A stretch of DNA of 64,000 nt from Desulfomicrobium sp. (GTDB lineage Bacteria; Desulfobacterota; Desulfovibrionia; Desulfovibrionales; Desulfomicrobiaceae): the NCBI GenBank assembly GCA_040768745.1, contig JAXGMI010000002.1, positions 576,001 through 640,000 of the forward strand, given 5' to 3'. A program made the position numbers and the translations under genes. Below, piece by piece: positions 1 to 9,243 of the stretch. The notes below the pieces were generated by a model. It was given only the letters and a program-made list of their open reading frames with translations, did not search any database and was not told the DNA's origin. Numbering within the stretch: position 1 is the first letter of the stretch; each line of letters starts with the position of its first letter.

Positions 1-121
1 AGGTCAGCACGGAAAAGCCGACAAAGCCCACCAGACCCATGACAAAGGCCACAGGCATGCGCGTGGCAAAGAGCAGGAGCATGACCGCGATGCCGATCAA
101 TCCCGTCATGGTCGCGCTCAT
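1..121 (-). CDS. dctM: TRAP transporter large permease DctM (5' part only; runs off window)
   Basis: ATG at 121 overlaps the dctQ stop; reads MSATMTGLIGIAVMLLLFATRMPVAFVMGLVGF, a typical DctM N-terminus; follows dctP-dctQ. Confidence 0.8.
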   Translation of the reverse strand, partial: MSATMTGLIGIAVMLLLFATRMPVAFVMGLVGFVGFSVLT

Positions 122-603
122 GACCGCCTCCATTCCAGGACGAAGCGGATCAGGTCGTACAGCATGACCAGGGTGGTCACTGCGAAACATCCTGCCAGAA
201 CATACACGAGCACATATTCGGGCAACCCCAGGTTCAGGGATACTTCGCCGGAAAGCTGCTTGTCCCGGGCGTATGCGGTCATCATGGTGGTCACCAGGGC
301 GAAGAAGAAGACGGACATGGTTTCGCGGAACAGCTTCAGCACCCTGCGCACCCGCATGGACAGGAGCTGCACGAAGACCTCCACCCCGATGTGCGAGCGG
401 TGCGCATGGGCATACGGCAGGCCGAGGCCCAGGGCCAGGACTCCCAGAAAGGCGACGATCTCCTCGGACCCGAAAATGGGGCTGCGCTGGACCCGGCCCG
501 TGATGTCGGTCACGGTCACCAGGACCATGGCCAGCACGGCCAGGCATGCGGCCACCCGCATCACTCCGCACACACGCTGCAACATCTTGTCGACACTCTG
601 CAC
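118..603 (-). CDS. dctQ: TRAP transporter small permease DctQ
   Basis: 4-TM protein with DctQ motifs (GSEEIV..., HIGVE); likely GTG start at 603 after a GGGAG RBS. Confidence 0.85.
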   Translation of the reverse strand: MQSVDKMLQRVCGVMRVAACLAVLAMVLVTVTDITGRVQRSPIFGSEEIVAFLGVLALGLGLPYAHAHRSHIGVEVFVQLLSMRVRRVLKLFRETMSVFFFALVTTMMTAYARDKQLSGEVSLNLGLPEYVLVYVLAGCFAVTTLVMLYDLIRFVLEWRRS

Positions 604-694
604 AGAAACACTCCCTGAAAAATGAAACGGGGCAGCGGCAGGACATCCCGCTGTGGCCTGCCGCGCCCCTTCTGTCTGAGAAGCAGCCAAAAGC

Positions 695-1708
695 CTACTT
701 TTTCATCTGGCCGTGCATGAATTCCACCACGGCCTTGCCATCAGCGCCGAGCTTGGCACACTCGGCCTCGTACTCCACAAAAAGCGGGTCCATGGCCTTG
801 GTCCACCGGGCCGCCTCGGCCGCATCCAGGGTGACGATGGCGTTGCCAGGCTGGGCCAGGAAGAACTCGCGGCCTTCCTTGTCGCTGTCATCCCAGGCCT
901 GCCCGTGTTTGGGGATCCATTCCTTGCTGACCTCGGTCATGGCCTGCTGGGCCTCCGCAGGCAGGGCCGCCCAGGCGGCCTTGTTGAGGACCACGAAGAA
1001 GGTCGTGGTGTAGCCAACTGCCGTGGAGTCCGTCAAATAGTCCACCACCTCGGCCATTTTCCAGCCCTTGTTGGTCTCGGTGGGATAGATGCCGCCGTTG
1101 ACCACCCCTTTCTGGATGGACTGGTAGGAATCGGGCATGGACATGGCCACCGGACTCCCGCCCAGGGCCGTGATCACGCTGGCGCTGTTACCCGTGGCCC
1201 TGATCTTCATCCCCTTCAGGTCCTCCATGGACTTGACCGGTTTGCCGGCCGTATGCAGTATGCCAGGCCCATGGGCGTGAAAATAGAGCACGTGCACGTC
1301 GTCGAATTCCTTGGGCGTGAACTTGGCGTACACGGCGTTGGCCAGTCCCGTGGCCTGCACGCCTGACGCGTAGCACATGGGCAGATCCACGCCGGACAGG
1401 ACAGGAAAGCGGCCCTTGGTGTAGCCCAGGGCGGACATGCCGATGTCGGAGATGCGCTGCACCACGCCGTCATAACAGTCCTTGGCCTTGGTCAGGGTGC
1501 CGCCGGGATAGTACTCGATGACCACCTTGCCGCCGGAGCGTTTCTCCACTTCCCGGCACCACTGTTCGGCCAGCTGGGACTGGATGTGGGTGGGCGGGAA
1601 GAAATTGCTGTAGGACAACTTGACCGGATCGGCCCCCACGGCCGGCATCGCCCAACCCAGCACGAGCAGCACGGCGGCTGCGGCCATCCCCCGAAAAGAC
1701 CCCCTCAT
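695..1708 (-). CDS. dctP: TRAP transporter substrate-binding protein DctP
   Basis: Signal peptide, YPGGTL, DLKGMKIR, SPVAMSMPDSYQSIQKGVVNG; RBS GGAGG before ATG 1708. Confidence 0.9.
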   Translation of the reverse strand: MRGSFRGMAAAAVLLVLGWAMPAVGADPVKLSYSNFFPPTHIQSQLAEQWCREVEKRSGGKVVIEYYPGGTLTKAKDCYDGVVQRISDIGMSALGYTKGRFPVLSGVDLPMCYASGVQATGLANAVYAKFTPKEFDDVHVLYFHAHGPGILHTAGKPVKSMEDLKGMKIRATGNSASVITALGGSPVAMSMPDSYQSIQKGVVNGGIYPTETNKGWKMAEVVDYLTDSTAVGYTTTFFVVLNKAAWAALPAEAQQAMTEVSKEWIPKHGQAWDDSDKEGREFFLAQPGNAIVTLDAAEAARWTKAMDPLFVEYEAECAKLGADGKAVVEFMHGQMKK

Positions 1709-1759
1709 TGTCGTATCCTCCATGTAAAAAGTGCGGCCGCACCCCATGCGCAGCCCCGG

Positions 1760-2356
1760 CTATTCCGAAATTTCCGATGCGTTGGCCAGGGCCAGCCGCA
1801 TGGCGGCCCGGCGGAAGTCCGCGCGGTCGATGGTCCCCGTGCCCAGCAGGGAGTGGATGAGAAAGCCCTCGAACAGGGCCGTGTTCAGGGCGCCTATCTT
1901 GCTGGCGGGATATCCCCCCCGCACAAAGGGGCCGACGATATCCTCGAAAATGTCGTTGGAGAGGCGATACAGGGATTGATTGAGCTGGCCGCGCAGCTCC
2001 TCGTTGCGTGAGGCGTGGATGGTGAACTCCAGAAAGACCGTGCACCAGTTGCGGTCGTCGATCATGGTCTCCAGGAAATCCAGGATATGCCCCATGACCT
2101 CCTCCAGGGTGCGTGCATCGCGCACGGCCTGGTCGCGCATGCGCCGGTAGGACTGCATCTTGCGGGCAATGATCTCCAGCATGATTTCGTCCTTGCTCTG
2201 CCAGTGGCGATAGAAATTGCCCTTGGCATAGCCGGCGTCGGCCGTGATCTCCGCCACGGTGGTGGCCACGAAGCCTTTGGCCGAAAACAGCCGTTCCGCC
2301 GAGTCCAGCAGCTCGCGCTGGGTCTGAAGTGATTTTTCCTGCTGCTTGCGGGCCAC
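1760..2356 (-). CDS. TetR/AcrR family transcriptional regulator
   Basis: HTH LLDSAERLFSAKGF..TTVAEITADAGYAKGNFYRHW.SKD; GTG start after GGAGG. Confidence 0.9.
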   Translation of the reverse strand: MARKQQEKSLQTQRELLDSAERLFSAKGFVATTVAEITADAGYAKGNFYRHWQSKDEIMLEIIARKMQSYRRMRDQAVRDARTLEEVMGHILDFLETMIDDRNWCTVFLEFTIHASRNEELRGQLNQSLYRLSNDIFEDIVGPFVRGGYPASKIGALNTALFEGFLIHSLLGTGTIDRADFRRAAMRLALANASEISE

Positions 2357-2374
2357 GACAACGCCTCCAAACAT

Positions 2375-2411
2375 GTGGTCATAAAATGACCAAAAGTCAT
2401 TTTATGACCAC
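2375..2411. promoter_or_regulatory. Putative TetR operator (16-bp perfect inverted repeat)
   Basis: GTGGTCATAAAATGAC-caaaa-GTCATTTTATGACCAC; each arm is itself a GTCAT-WWW-ATGAC palindrome; lies downstream of a minus-strand TTGACA (2432-2437). Confidence 0.75.
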
Positions 2412-3017
2412 GTATTCGGATGACCATGTTCTGTCAAGCGCTTCGTCGGGGATAGCGGGCATGCCGCAGGGTGCGCCAGGGGCTTCTTGGCGGTTTGACC
2501 CCGACTGAACCCTCATAAGCCCGCCTGGAAAATATTCCTTCTGGATGGGAGTCAGAACACGCCACCCTCACGGCAAACCCCATGTGTCTGGATTGAGAAG
2601 GCAGCCTCAGGATCAGAATGAATCCGCGATGGCGTTCCGTAAACCACCATGCAAACGCCCACGGCTCTGCCAACCTGGGTTCGCCAAATTTTCAGGGATG
2701 GCCCCGACAGCCTGGGGCGATGGCGTACATATTCCTGATTTTTTGTCGTGAATCGTGTATGGGGATGTTTCAGAAAATTATCTCACAATTCAAAGCCCTT
2801 GACATATCTGAAACTCTCGGGTTTATCAAACCAGCTGAAAACTTTTGAGCATCGGCATGGCGTACAGATCCGTGAAGGCGACGGAAAATGGCGGAATTTT
2901 ACGGGAAAGCGGGAAAAATGGCGTTTGCCATGGGCATGACAGGTCTTGGAAAGAAGACCTAAGGCTTTCTTTCGCAGCACCACCTTTGTGTAGGAGCTGT
3001 GCTTTGAGGAGAATCTT

Positions 3018-3608
3018 TTGAGTTTCAACGGTGAAATCGTGGCAGGATCCCTGCTCATCCGCGAAAGTAGAAGTGTCGCCGAGCTGCTACTCCTTGGGCT
3101 TGGCCCGAAGGCCGTGCATGAACGCGTGAGCGCGGACAACAGCCTTCAGAAGCGTTCACCCGCCACGGCCAGACGTCAGACGAACCTCATCCTGGCGCGG
3201 TTGCAGGGCTTGGACAAAAGGTTTCTGACCATGATCGTTTCCGGCTCGCAGGAACTCGCCACGCAAGCTCTTTTCGCCGCTGCCATCAAGCATAACCGTT
3301 TCCTGGGGGACTTCGTCGGCAAGGTGGTTTGCGCTCATTGGCGAACTTACAAACCCGCCTTGACCAAGCTCGATTGGAATTCTTTTTTTGAGGAATGCGC
3401 AGCAATCGACCCTGAGATCACCAAGTGGACGGAAACAACCCACGCTAAAATCCGTCAGGTCGTCTTCCGTATTTTAGCCGAAGCGAAAGTGATCGAATCG
3501 ACAAGATCCCTCCGGCTGATCCCTTTTGCGCTCCTGCCGGAACTCAAGCGTCTCCTTCGAGACAAGGACGAATGGTATGTCCTCAGGTGTCTGGAGGCTC
3601 TCTCATGA
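3018..3608 (+). CDS. brxA: BREX protein BrxA (DUF1819)
   Basis: GEIVAGSLLIRESR, NSLQKRSPATARRQ, WTETT.AKIRQVVFRILAEA; TTG start after GAGGAG; first gene of the cluster. Confidence 0.9.
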   Translation: MSFNGEIVAGSLLIRESRSVAELLLLGLGPKAVHERVSADNSLQKRSPATARRQTNLILARLQGLDKRFLTMIVSGSQELATQALFAAAIKHNRFLGDFVGKVVCAHWRTYKPALTKLDWNSFFEECAAIDPEITKWTETTHAKIRQVVFRILAEAKVIESTRSLRLIPFALLPELKRLLRDKDEWYVLRCLEALS

Positions 3609-4192
3609 ACGATGATTTCAACGGTCGCCTGAATAAAGTCCTCGACCGGCTCCTTTCCAAGGAACTGTTGTCGAATACTGGGCTTGGCAACGAGATCGGC
3701 TTCTATATCTTCGACTACCCACCGGAGCAGGAACTCCGACTCAGGGAGTTTCTTGAAACAATCAAAGCGCAACTTATGAAACGCGCACCCGATCTTCGGT
3801 TTGTCCACATCAATCTGTTCAAGCTGCTCATCGACTACCTGGCTGAGCGCAAACTTCTGGACCGCGCCTACCAATTGCAAAAAACCAAGGGCGACGAAGA
3901 ACTGCTCAAAGCCCTCAAAGGTCCGCTCCAGGAAAAACGCGTAGCCGAATATTTCGTCCAAGCCGCACGACCTGAGGTCAACGACCTGGTCCTTGTCTCA
4001 GGCGTCGGCAATGCCTGGCCCATGCTCCGCAGTCATACCCTGCTCAATTGCCTGCACGCATACATGGAGGACACGCCTCTGGTCCTCTTCTATCCGGGAC
4101 AATATTCCGGCCAGAGCTTGCGCCTCTTTGGCAAGCTGCCTGAGAGCAACTACTATCGCGCATTTTCTCTCGTTCCTCATCAAGCTTCCTAG
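3605..4192 (+). CDS. brxB: BREX protein BrxB (DUF1788)
   Basis: GLGNEIGFYIFDYPP, GVGNAWPMLRSHTLLN, LFYPGQYSGQSL.LFG..NYYRAF; ATGA overlap with brxA. Confidence 0.92.
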   Translation: MNDDFNGRLNKVLDRLLSKELLSNTGLGNEIGFYIFDYPPEQELRLREFLETIKAQLMKRAPDLRFVHINLFKLLIDYLAERKLLDRAYQLQKTKGDEELLKALKGPLQEKRVAEYFVQAARPEVNDLVLVSGVGNAWPMLRSHTLLNCLHAYMEDTPLVLFYPGQYSGQSLRLFGKLPESNYYRAFSLVPHQAS

Positions 4193-4208
4193 TCACGGAG
4201 AACCCAGA

Positions 4209-7200
4209 ATGCTGATCAAGGATCTGTTCGCAAAAAATCTGTTCCGCCCCATCAACGGCGTCGTCAAAGCCGAACAGCAGGAAGATGCCGTCGTATGGCA
4301 GGAACTGGAAGAGTATGTTCTCACCAAGGAACTCGACCAGCATTTCCGCAAGTTCTTTGACGCCTATCAGGCCGCTCGACGCAACGCTCATGATCCGAGC
4401 CTTTCCGACAGAATGGGCATCTGGGTCTCCGGCTTCTTCGGGTCGGGCAAGTCGCACTTCATCAAGATCCTGTCCTATCTGCTGAACAACCGGGAAGCCT
4501 GTAACCCCCAAACTTCGGAATGCAGACGGGCCGCAAAGTTCTTCGAGGGTAAAATCAAGGACCCGCTGCTGCTCGCGGATATCAAAAGCGCGACAAACGG
4601 AAATACCGATGTCATCCTTTTCAATATCGACAGCCGCGCCGATGCCCAGGATGGGCGAGGAACCATTCTCTCGGTGTTCTGGCGTGTGTTTAACGAGATG
4701 CAAGGGTTCTGCGGCGAGTATCCGCATTTGGCGGAGATGGAACGCTACCTGACCAGCAAGGGCAAATTCGAGGAGTTCTGCACCACATACTCGGAACTCA
4801 GCGGCGAGGACTGGATCAAGGAGCGTGACGCGTTCCACTTCAAAAAAGACGAGGTGGTTGAAGCGCTCTCCAAAACTTTGGGCCAGAGCCTCACATCGAC
4901 CGAATCATGGTTCGACAAGTCGGAGAACTCTGTCAGCCTGACCATCGACGCCTTCGCAAAACGGGTAAAGGAATACCTCGACAGTCGAGGCAAGGATCAC
5001 CGCATCGTCTTTCTGGTGGACGAAGTCGGCCAGTTCATCGGCAACGACACGCACCTCATGCTCAACCTGCAAACCATCACTGAAGACCTGGGCCGCGTTT
5101 GCCAGGGCCGGGCTTGGGTTGTCGTCACGTCACAGGAAGACATCGACGCCATCCTGGGCGACCTTGTCGCCTCGAAAGCCAATGACTTTTCCAAAATCCA
5201 GGGACGGTTCAGCACGCGTCTGTCTCTCTCCAGTTCCAACACCGACGAAGTCATCCAGGCCCGTCTGCTGGAAAAGAAATCAGCGGCACAAGAAGAGCTG
5301 CAACGGCTCTTTGACGTGAAAGGCGACATCATCAACAGCCAGCTCAGCTTCTCGCACGACAGCGCCCACCTCAAAACCTATCGGGACAGAGTCGATTTCG
5401 CGGGATGCTATCCCTTTGCGCCCTACCATTTCCAGTTGGTGCAGAAGATTTTTGAATCCATCCGCAAGGCCGGAGCCACGGGCATTCATTTGAGTCGTGG
5501 CGAGCGTTCCATGCTGGATGCCTTTCAGTCCGCAGCCATCAATGTGGCGGAAAAGGAAATCGGAGCTTTGATTCCCCTGCATGCCTTTTACCCATCCATC
5601 GAAAGTTTTCTGGATACTGCGGTCAAGCGCACTATCGAGCAGGCGGATGAAAACAGCGGACTGGAAAAACCGTTCGACATTCAGCTTCTGAAAACATTGT
5701 TTCTGATCCGCTATGTGGATGTCATCAAACCCAACGTCGACAACCTGGTGACCCTGTTCATCGATGAGGTCGATGCCGACCGTCTGGCGTTGAAACGTCG
5801 CATCGAAGCTGGCTTGCAGCGTCTGGAAAAAGAAACCCTGATCAACCGCAACGGTGATCTGTACTTCTTCCTGACCAACGAGGAGCGCGACGTCGGACGC
5901 GAAATCAAGAATGTCGATATCACCAGTTCCGAAGAATTGAAGCTTTTGTCCGACATCATCTTTGCCGAAATCTTCAAGGATCAGAACAAACTCAAATATC
6001 GCCCCTACAAGCGCGATTACGCCTTTGGTCGTCTTCTGGACGGGCACCCCTACAGCAGCAAGGTCGATCAGGACATTGCCGTGGAGATCATCTCTCCGCT
6101 CAATGACCAGTATGCCCTCTTCAATTCCATGAAATGCGTCCTTTATTCAGGGGAACATCCTGGACGGATTGTGTACAAGCTGTCGGATGACAAGGCCCTT
6201 GGAAATGAAATCCGGGCCTACCTTCAGACCGACAAATATGTGCGCCTCAAAAGCGATGCTTCGTTGACCCCCAACTTCAAAAAAATTCTCCGTGATCGTC
6301 AGGAAGAGAACCGTGAACGTCGGGAGCGTTTGACCTCCTTGGTGGAAAATCTGCTGTGCTCAGCCAAGGTCTATGCCTTGCAGCAGGAATTGCAGCTCAA
6401 AAATTCCGGAGCCAAGGCGGGCTTGGATGAAGCCCTGGAATATGTCATCCAGAACGTCTTTCTGAAATTTTCCTACCTGGAAGTCGTGTACGATGATCCC
6501 ACCAAGGAACTTCGCGCCGTCCTGCTTTCCAATGATATTGCCAAAAATCAGCTTCAGATGGACCTGCCGCAAATCAACGCCCAGGCCGTCAAGGAAGTGC
6601 GGGAACATGTCGACATCCTAACCGCGAAAAATCACGCCATCCTGCTCTCCGACATGGTCGAGAAGTTCAGTGCCAAGCCGTATGGCTGGCCGGAATGGGA
6701 GGTCGTGCTGCTGGCTGCCCGGTTGTTCATGGCTGGTGAAATCAAGCTGACCGTCAACGACGTCCTGGAGCCACGCGAAGCCCTGGATGTGCTGATGAAA
6801 ACCACGCAGTGGCGCAGCGTGAAAATGGTCAAATGCAAGCTGGCCAGCCCGGAAGAAATCGAAAAGGCCCGCAAGCTCTGTCAGGATCTGTTCGGCAAGA
6901 TCGGTCCGGAATCCGGCGAGGCTCTGGTTGCGCACTTCAAAGAGCAGTTACAGGCTTGGCGCAGGCAATTGGGACAGTTCCGACCCCTGGCGCAAACGGG
7001 CCAGTACCCGGGGGCGTCAATCATCGATCGGGCGCTTGGAGTGATCGAAGGCATCCTGACGATCCGCGACAGCTACGAGTGCATCATCGCGTTCAACAGA
7101 AAGAAAAATGACTTGCTGGATGCTGGTGACGACATCCATGAACTGAGCGGCTTTTACGCAAATCAGAAGCCCACTTGGGACAAGCTGCGCCAAAGCCTGC

Positions 7201-7763
7201 GCATCTTCAACATCAACGCGGCAGCCTTGAATAAAAATGCCGATGCCGCCCAGGCTCTGAAGCGTTTGCAGGAGATTGCCGCGCATGACGCACCCTATGG
7301 CATGATCAAGGATATCGACGCCCTCATTGGCAGGGTGGCAGCCGTCAACGACGTCATGGTTGCGGAAGCCCGGCAGGCCTCGCAAGCGGTCCTCGATGAT
7401 CGCATACAGGCCATGAGTACCGCCTTGGATGGTTTGAACGCATCGTCGGATGACCGCAACCGCATTCTGTATCCACTCGAGACCATCAAACAGACGATCT
7501 CCGCCGAAGAAAGCATTCCGGCCCTGTTCTACCAGCGCGAAGAAAGCGCCAAGGCCGTGGATACTGCCCTGGATAGCATCGAGGCCCTCAAGCCAACATC
7601 GGACACCCCCAAACCTCAGAAACAGACCAAAAGCCTGCGCGTTGCCTCGGTCACGACCAAGACCGTGCTGGAATCTGCCGCCGATGTGGAAGAATTTGTC
7701 GAGGCGCTCAAAAACCGCCTCCTAGCGGAACTCGGGCCGGATGTGCGTATTCGGGTGCAATAA
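4209..7763 (+). CDS. brxC: BREX P-loop ATPase BrxC
   Basis: WVSGFFGSGKSHFIK Walker A, FLVDEVGQF Walker B, VVTSQE, YPFAPY, PYGWPE. Confidence 0.95.
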   Translation: MLIKDLFAKNLFRPINGVVKAEQQEDAVVWQELEEYVLTKELDQHFRKFFDAYQAARRNAHDPSLSDRMGIWVSGFFGSGKSHFIKILSYLLNNREACNPQTSECRRAAKFFEGKIKDPLLLADIKSATNGNTDVILFNIDSRADAQDGRGTILSVFWRVFNEMQGFCGEYPHLAEMERYLTSKGKFEEFCTTYSELSGEDWIKERDAFHFKKDEVVEALSKTLGQSLTSTESWFDKSENSVSLTIDAFAKRVKEYLDSRGKDHRIVFLVDEVGQFIGNDTHLMLNLQTITEDLGRVCQGRAWVVVTSQEDIDAILGDLVASKANDFSKIQGRFSTRLSLSSSNTDEVIQARLLEKKSAAQEELQRLFDVKGDIINSQLSFSHDSAHLKTYRDRVDFAGCYPFAPYHFQLVQKIFESIRKAGATGIHLSRGERSMLDAFQSAAINVAEKEIGALIPLHAFYPSIESFLDTAVKRTIEQADENSGLEKPFDIQLLKTLFLIRYVDVIKPNVDNLVTLFIDEVDADRLALKRRIEAGLQRLEKETLINRNGDLYFFLTNEERDVGREIKNVDITSSEELKLLSDIIFAEIFKDQNKLKYRPYKRDYAFGRLLDGHPYSSKVDQDIAVEIISPLNDQYALFNSMKCVLYSGEHPGRIVYKLSDDKALGNEIRAYLQTDKYVRLKSDASLTPNFKKILRDRQEENRERRERLTSLVENLLCSAKVYALQQELQLKNSGAKAGLDEALEYVIQNVFLKFSYLEVVYDDPTKELRAVLLSNDIAKNQLQMDLPQINAQAVKEVREHVDILTAKNHAILLSDMVEKFSAKPYGWPEWEVVLLAARLFMAGEIKLTVNDVLEPREALDVLMKTTQWRSVKMVKCKLASPEEIEKARKLCQDLFGKIGPESGEALVAHFKEQLQAWRRQLGQFRPLAQTGQYPGASIIDRALGVIEGILTIRDSYECIIAFNRKKNDLLDAGDDIHELSGFYANQKPTWDKLRQSLRIFNINAAALNKNADAAQALKRLQEIAAHDAPYGMIKDIDALIGRVAAVNDVMVAEARQASQAVLDDRIQAMSTALDGLNASSDDRNRILYPLETIKQTISAEESIPALFYQREESAKAVDTALDSIEALKPTSDTPKPQKQTKSLRVASVTTKTVLESAADVEEFVEALKNRLLAELGPDVRIRVQ

Positions 7764-7993
7764 AAAAGCACACTAAGCTGGCGTGTTAAGTGTTTTTCTT
7801 ATCAAGGCCCGATTCATACGCGTTTTTTTAGAATGGTATGCGTTTTTTTTGACCCACCCGGAATGGAGTCTGTCTTTACCAGCGCGGCAAACATTGACAT
7901 GCCGGAACACATGAACTGTTATTTTTATTTGGTGCTCTTTTTGGAAATAACCATGCGGCGTATTTTCACAACTGCAAATAGGGAGCTTGGTTC

Positions 7994-9154
7994 ATGCAAC
8001 GCGGCGTGACCGGAAACTATCATACGACATCCGTTGCCGGCGAGGCCGTGCATGCCTTTGTGCCCGCTCCTCTGCCGCCCGAGCCTCCTCTGGAATGGGT
8101 GCAATCCCGGCAGCGTAGCCTGGAGCGGGCCTTGCTCGCCTGCGGTCGGCTCGATGCCATCACCGCCTTGCTCCCTGATCCGGATCTTTTTCTCTACGCC
8201 TACGTGCGCCGCGAAGCGGTGCTGTCCAGCCAGATTGAAGGCACGCAATCCTCCCTGTCCGACTTGCTGCTGTTTGAACTGGACGCTGCGCCCGGCGTGC
8301 CCTTTGATGATGTAGCCGAGGTTTCCAACTACGTCGCCGCCCTGGAACATGGTTTGACGCGCCTGCGTGAGGGTTTTCCTCTTTCCAACCGACTCATTCG
8401 GGAACTGCACGTGCGTTTGCTGTCCAGTGGGCGTGGAGCGCACAAGCAACCGGGCGAGTTTCGAAGAAGCCAGAACTGGATCGGCGGCACTCGGCCCGGC
8501 AATGCCCAGTTTGTTCCTCCTCCAGTGCAGGAGGTTGAGCCCTGTATGGCGGCACTGGAGCGTTTTCTGCACGATGACGAGGCTCCCGGCGCACTCGTCA
8601 AGGCCGCTCTTGCTCATCTCCAGTTTGAAACCATTCATCCGTTTTTGGATGGCAATGGCCGTGTCGGGAGACTTTTGATCGCGCTCATTCTCCACCATGA
8701 AGGGGTATTGCGCCAGCCGCTGTTGTACCTTTCACTCTATTTCAAGCAGCATCGCACCGAGTACTATCGACTGCTTGATACCGTGCGCCAGACAGGTGAC
8801 TGGGAATCCTGGATCGATTTTTTCCTTGAAGGGGTCGAGGTGACGGCAACCAGCGCCGTGGAGACCGCTCACCGCCTGCTTGGCCTGTTTGAACGCGACG
8901 CCATGCGCGTGCGCGGCCTGGGACGCTCCGCAGCCAACGCCTTGCGTGTCTTTGATATTCTTCGCGCCCGCCCCCTGGCTTCTATCGGACATTTGGCCCA
9001 GCAGGCGGGCATCAGCTTTGCCACGGCCGCCCGGCATGTCGAGGCTTTGGAGAAGCTCGATATCGTCCGCGAACTCAGCGGCCGCAGTCGTGAACGGGTT
9101 TTTGCCTATCAGGACTATATAAATATTATGAATGAAGGCGCGGAGCCCTTGTAG
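7994..9154 (+). CDS. Fic family protein (class II, N-terminal inhibitory helix, C-terminal HTH)
   Basis: Canonical HPFLDGNGRVGR motif; SSQIEG inhibitory motif; preceded by TTGACA (7894) and TGtTATTTT promoter-like elements. Confidence 0.93.
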   Translation: MQRGVTGNYHTTSVAGEAVHAFVPAPLPPEPPLEWVQSRQRSLERALLACGRLDAITALLPDPDLFLYAYVRREAVLSSQIEGTQSSLSDLLLFELDAAPGVPFDDVAEVSNYVAALEHGLTRLREGFPLSNRLIRELHVRLLSSGRGAHKQPGEFRRSQNWIGGTRPGNAQFVPPPVQEVEPCMAALERFLHDDEAPGALVKAALAHLQFETIHPFLDGNGRVGRLLIALILHHEGVLRQPLLYLSLYFKQHRTEYYRLLDTVRQTGDWESWIDFFLEGVEVTATSAVETAHRLLGLFERDAMRVRGLGRSAANALRVFDILRARPLASIGHLAQQAGISFATAARHVEALEKLDIVRELSGRSRERVFAYQDYINIMNEGAEPL

Positions 9155-9243
9155 ATACCGGACAGGAAACAGGGCAGAAAATATGCTCGTACTCAGAAAC
9201 CGCTGAACCTGAACCACATTCATCTTCAACCACTGTATACACC

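Noticed and set aside
2461..2620. Possible riboswitch or ncRNA (TPP, c-di-GMP, 6S) in the tetR-brxA intergenic region
   Set aside because: Required conserved motifs are not present in the right order; an Infernal/Rfam search would be needed.
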